DNA of 64,000 bases, from assembly GCA_031553395.1 (NCBI GenBank), contig JAVBLR010000011.1:10379-74378 (forward strand), written 5' to 3'. Both the position numbers and the translations under genes were made by a program. Shown here piece by piece: positions 60,400 through 64,000 of the stretch; position 1 is the stretch's first letter, and each line of letters opens with the position of its first letter. Origin of the DNA: Bacteroidales bacterium (GTDB taxonomy: Bacteria > Bacteroidota > Bacteroidia > Bacteroidales > WRGA01). The notes below the pieces were generated by a model. The model did no database searches. It had not been told where the DNA came from and saw nothing but the letters and a program-made list of their open reading frames with translations.

Positions 60400-61720
60400 T
60401 TTTCTGCACTTTTATATCTACAGTTATATACGAATTTTGATTGCCATCGATTTTGATCTCCTTAACCAAAATGGCACCTTTTCTCCCATCGAAAGTTTCG
60501 AACAACACGATGCATGGAATATCCGGTTGCGTAAAATAATCCAACTCCGGATTGACAGGAGAATTAATAGAAAACTGCTTCAACAACACATCAGTCGTCA
60601 TTGAATTAAATTGAGCCGGAGTAAGCAATCCCGAATGATGAACAAACTCAGTCGGTTTAGCTCCGGGGATATCTTTGAATGAAGTCGAACTTAATTGATC
60701 GGGCGAGACAAATCGGTTATATGTAAAATTTGTATTCATACCGAAATAAACAATATCAATCAAAAAACCATTATCAATATTAATGTCGGAAGTTTTGAAT
60801 AACCTCCGTAGTTTAGTAGAATAAAATGCTCCTATCGATTCTTGCGCACTGCTTATACCTAAATGTATATTCTTATGTGTACGCAAATTGGTATTGGGTT
60901 TTACCGTAATTTGGCGAGTTATTTGCTTTGTTTCTTTGCCGTTGGAAACAGTTAAATAAACAGTATACGTTCCGGATGCAGAAAAATAAATTCCGGCATT
61001 TTCCGATTCCGGATTAGTTATAACGGCTTCCGCACAGTCCCATTTCAAATTTTCCACTCCTTGCAAATGCGTATCGAATGTAGCTCTTAGTGGCGCTTCA
61101 TAGTCTTCATCTTCAAACGACGGAATAATTTCAAACGATGCATCCAACGACAATCCAACCTCAACTTCTTTTCGTGTGGAAAATGTTGCACTTCCATTAT
61201 TGACAGTTAATACAATTGTATATTTCCCCGGTTGATTATATGTAATTTCCGAAGGATTTTGCCCTTCGGAAGTGGCCGGAGAACCACCTTCGAATGTCCA
61301 ATGATAAGAATTTCCTCCGGATGAAAGGTTGCTTATTTTGAAAACTGCCGGTGCGTAATTGTTGATTATAGCTTCAGTACGAAAATCAACAATTACTGTA
61401 CTATCTACCCGTATCTCAAAAATTTCAGATCTACGGTCTCCATCATTCCATGCTTCCAGAATAATACGGTGAATGCCGGGTTCTGAAAATCGCACCTGCT
61501 CCGGATTCTTTTTATTGGAAACAGAAGGCTCTCCACCTTCAAACATCCATTGAAAATCACTTGCATTTTTCGTTTTATTCTCAATACTGACAAGTAACGG
61601 CGATGTATGATTATCCTCCCTGACATGCAGAATCACATCGATTTCCACCGGAATCGTTTGTTCCTCATGGCAAGCAGATAATATCAATAAACATGTAAAT
61701 AAGTAAAATATCTTCTTCAT
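60392..61720 (-). CDS. PKD-domain surface lipoprotein
   Basis: Lipobox LSAC + HEEQ; three PKD repeats (FQWMFEGGEP, YHWTFEGGSP..PGKYTIVLTV, GTYTVYLTVSNG) and a C-terminal domain. Confidence 0.85.
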   Translation of the reverse strand: MKKIFYLFTCLLILSACHEEQTIPVEIDVILHVREDNHTSPLLVSIENKTKNASDFQWMFEGGEPSVSNKKNPEQVRFSEPGIHRIILEAWNDGDRRSEIFEIRVDSTVIVDFRTEAIINNYAPAVFKISNLSSGGNSYHWTFEGGSPATSEGQNPSEITYNQPGKYTIVLTVNNGSATFSTRKEVEVGLSLDASFEIIPSFEDEDYEAPLRATFDTHLQGVENLKWDCAEAVITNPESENAGIYFSASGTYTVYLTVSNGKETKQITRQITVKPNTNLRTHKNIHLGISSAQESIGAFYSTKLRRLFKTSDINIDNGFLIDIVYFGMNTNFTYNRFVSPDQLSSTSFKDIPGAKPTEFVHHSGLLTPAQFNSMTTDVLLKQFSINSPVNPELDYFTQPDIPCIVLFETFDGRKGAILVKEIKIDGNQNSYITVDIKVQKND

Positions 61721-61754
61721 TCAGTTGATTGTTGTTTTTGGGTAATTTTATTTG

Positions 61755-61913
61755 TCCTCCCCCTTACCCCCTCCAGAGGGGGATATTTGGCACGCTTCCA
61801 ATTATTATTGAAAATATCATCAAATACAGTGGATAAAAAACGAATTTCCCCTTTGTGAAATTCTGAAAAGGATATGCACCATTATCCCCCTCTGGAGGGG
61901 GCAAGGGGGAGGA
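61755..61913. repeat. 31-bp inverted repeat (CCCCT..AGGGG family) with ~97-nt spacer
   Basis: TCCTCCCCCTTACCCCCTCCAGAGGGGGATA / TATCCCCCTCTGGAGGGGGCAAGGGGGAGGA, one mismatch. Confidence 0.88.
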
Positions 61914-61975
61914 TTTATTAATTTTCGAGAAAATACCATTCCTATTCTCCATCACATTGTAAAATACAAAACATA

Positions 61976-62482
61976 CTATTCCAATTCAAAACGCCATGAA
62001 CAGGCACAACTCTCATCAGTAATATCCGGAAAGCAACTGATAGCTTTGCACTCAATTCGGTTATCAATAACTTTTGCAAAATATTCGTGTTCGATGATTC
62101 CTACCGATTTGCACGGATGAAAAGGCATTCCTTTACTTTTACGTGCTGTCTGAACACGACAATCAACAACACGATACGTCAACACATTTTCTTCTTCCCA
62201 AATACATTCGGCCGTATTTGCCAAAGCCGAGAAACGCAATAAAAGCGCCTGCTCCAAACCTTTTAATCCGGCATATTCGGGCAATCCAAGAAAATTTTTA
62301 AGACGACGGGCCTCTGTTTCAGTAAATCGCCGCCAAGCCTTTCGATCATACTCCATCGCATCATCCATTCCATTTTCATTCTCTACAGATTGAAACCAAA
62401 CACCATCCAATGCAACGATATTCCGCGCATAAATTTTAACAAGTTCCTTTAATTGCTCTTTTGATAAGTCATTCAAATTCAT
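61976..62482 (-). CDS. DUF6125 family protein
   Basis: LSKEQLKEL..ALDGVWFQSVE..GMDDAM, CRVQTARKSKG..FHPCK, C..C.P...CACSWRF. Confidence 0.75.
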   Translation of the reverse strand: MNLNDLSKEQLKELVKIYARNIVALDGVWFQSVENENGMDDAMEYDRKAWRRFTETEARRLKNFLGLPEYAGLKGLEQALLLRFSALANTAECIWEEENVLTYRVVDCRVQTARKSKGMPFHPCKSVGIIEHEYFAKVIDNRIECKAISCFPDITDESCACSWRFELE

Positions 62483-62533
62483 CGAATTATTGATTTAAAA
62501 TATTTTAAAATATCGTCTTTTCTAATAATTCCC

Positions 62534-62592
62534 AAGCGTTCGGCGAAGCCTCTTGGCTTCGCCGTGGTTAAAAGCAGGCCTCCGGCCGGCAA
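62534..62592 (+). repeat. REP element downstream of the RAYT
   Basis: GTTC-GGCGAAGC-ctcttg-GCTTCGCC-GTGGTTAAAAGCAGGCCTCCGGCCGGCAA. Confidence 0.85.
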
Positions 62593-63177
62593 TTATCTCA
62601 CGCTACGCATCAACGGCATCTTTTCTATTGTTATCGGAACAAGAATAACATCAATCAATCCACTTATTTCTGCATAATTTCTTGCACTTGAATACAAATA
62701 ATCTTCTGCTTTCTCAACTATTCCCGACCGTACAGGATTTTCATGAATATAATTGATTTTCTGCTGTATAAATTTATCGCTGTATATTATCTCTGCATGG
62801 TTTTCATGTGTCCAAACCTGAAAATCGGAATTTCGTTTATGTTGTTTTGCTGAAAATTCAAATAAATTAAGCATCCAATCTCGTCGGCTTTCCGTCTCTG
62901 TATTTACAGCTTCTAATATCTTCTTAGCCGTAAAACTTTTAAAATCACGAATGGTATCACTTAATTTCCCCATTGAACTACGAATCAATAAATGAACATG
63001 ATTACTCATTATTACATATGCATAAATTTCCAACCCTTTATTTTCCTGACAAAAATGCAAATTATCAATGATTATATCCCGGTATATTTGTCGTGTAAAT
63101 ATATCAACCCATTTTACAATTTGAAATGTTACAAAATGCAATTCTTCTTGTTCTTCTATTTGATAGCCTGTACTCAT
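62593..63177 (-). CDS. REP-associated tyrosine transposase (RAYT, Y1 HUH family)
   Basis: HFVTF, YVIMSNHVHL (HUH), RDFKSFT, VW...NH, INYIHENP (catalytic Tyr), YLYSSA. Confidence 0.92.
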   Translation of the reverse strand: MSTGYQIEEQEELHFVTFQIVKWVDIFTRQIYRDIIIDNLHFCQENKGLEIYAYVIMSNHVHLLIRSSMGKLSDTIRDFKSFTAKKILEAVNTETESRRDWMLNLFEFSAKQHKRNSDFQVWTHENHAEIIYSDKFIQQKINYIHENPVRSGIVEKAEDYLYSSARNYAEISGLIDVILVPITIEKMPLMRSVR

Positions 63178-63226
63178 TATTTTGTTATTATTCTTTATTG
63201 TTTTAACCGTTATTTTTTAAACCGCG

Positions 63227-63364
63227 AAGCGTTCGGCGAAGCCTCTTCGCTTCGTCGCTGTTAAAAACAAAGCTCTGCTTTGTGTATTGTTTCAAAGAAC
63301 GTTTTCCTTTTGCCGGCCGGAGGCCTGCTTTTAACCACGACGAAGCGCAGACGCTTCACCGAAC
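63227..63364. repeat. Inverted REP pair (REPIN-like) upstream of the RAYT
   Basis: 63227-63266 partial direct copy of the 62534 REP; 63310-63364 near-complete inverted copy. Confidence 0.85.
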
Positions 63365-63420
63365 CCGCACACATCATTTTACACGCTACGCCAAACATGG
63401 AGACAAATGCAACATTACCC

Positions 63421-63723
63421 CTACAATGAACAGAGAAATCGTTTAAGTACATTCAATTGATACAAAACATCACTTTCTTTACTACACAGTCTATTATTAA
63501 CACTTCTATCATACTGCCAAAGAGAGTATTTAGAGCCATATATATATATATATATATTAAATGCTCTATCTCCATCTATCTGTATTTTTATATCTTCCTT
63601 TTCAAAACCTATATGCCAATAAGGAGCATGTACCCATTTTGTAACCAAAGAATAATTAGGTAAATTTTCTCTAAAAAAAGAATCTATAATTTCAATGCAT
63701 TCTTGTGCTGAATTTATTACCAT
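63421..63723 (-). CDS. Putative immunity protein
   Basis: ~100 aa, aromatic-rich; ATG overlaps the upstream stop (ATGGTAA); contains an (AT)10 tract. Confidence 0.6.
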   Translation of the reverse strand: MVINSAQECIEIIDSFFRENLPNYSLVTKWVHAPYWHIGFEKEDIKIQIDGDRAFNIYIYIYGSKYSLWQYDRSVNNRLCSKESDVLYQLNVLKRFLCSL

Positions 63724-64000
63724 ATTACCCTCCATGTGTTTTCATTAATCTTTTGAAAATCTTTGGCTCCTAAATCAATTAGATATTCAGCCTCTCGAGA
63801 ACGGTATTTTCCTGTTGGATAATCCCAAGGTTCATGAGAAAAATAAAAATCCTTACCTAATGCCTTTTGCTGATCAATAAACTCTTTGTTTATGCGCCAC
63901 ATTTCATCTGAGTTACTACCTACTAAGGCTTCAGCTTCACTCCATTTTGCCCCCCCCATATCAAAATAAGTATGATCTGTCCCTGCTCGTTTTGTATATG
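63717..64000 (-). CDS. C-terminus of a larger protein, probable polymorphic toxin domain (5' part outside window)
   Basis: Frame open to the window edge: YTKRAGTDHTYFDMGGAKWSE...MWRINKEFIDQQKALGKDFYFSHEP...REAEYLIDLG; followed by an overlapping small ORF. Confidence 0.6.
   Translation of the reverse strand, partial: YTKRAGTDHTYFDMGGAKWSEAEALVGSNSDEMWRINKEFIDQQKALGKDFYFSHEPWDYPTGKYRSREAEYLIDLGAKDFQKINENTWRVIW

Noticed and set aside
58687-61720. PKD lipoprotein as Bacteroidota T6SS TssP
   Set aside because: No TssB/C, Hcp, VgrG, ClpV or TssN in the window and the lipoprotein plus barrel pairing does not fit

Overview
AT-rich Bacteroidales chromosomal segment. The assignment rests on Bacteroidota TAnnTTTG -7 promoter boxes, BtuB/BtuG, a Bacteroidales-1/6S RNA after rplT, and typical gene families. 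About 46 kb is housekeeping or metabolic: dedA, TPR, glnS, sbcDC, asnC, B12-riboswitch-controlled nrdDG, nifJ, manC, plsC, usp, M23, etfBA-acd, ffh, folD, rbfA, recN, rlmB, ridA, cinA, ltaE and thrS-infC-rpmI-rplT. The right-hand ~18 kb is accessory: an AraC-controlled redox/aldehyde cluster with three copies of one operator, a B12-riboswitch btuB-btuG pair, a PKD lipoprotein with an outer-membrane beta-barrel, DUF6125, a RAYT with its REPs, and the tail of a probable polymorphic toxin with its immunity gene. No rRNA, tRNA or CRISPR array was seen. The main non-coding finds are: (i) an orphan ~480 bp cassette with P4-CI/P1-c4-like antisense-RNA architecture, bounded by a 6-bp direct repeat and inserted antisense in an operon leader; (ii) a decayed four-helix-bundle gene bracketed by inverted heptamer arrays, with many empty heptamer arrays at other gene junctions; (iii) at least four further families of REP-like or structured repeats; (iv) a dispersed polar 15-bp intergenic motif. 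All calls come from reading sequence and translations by eye; no database searches were run.
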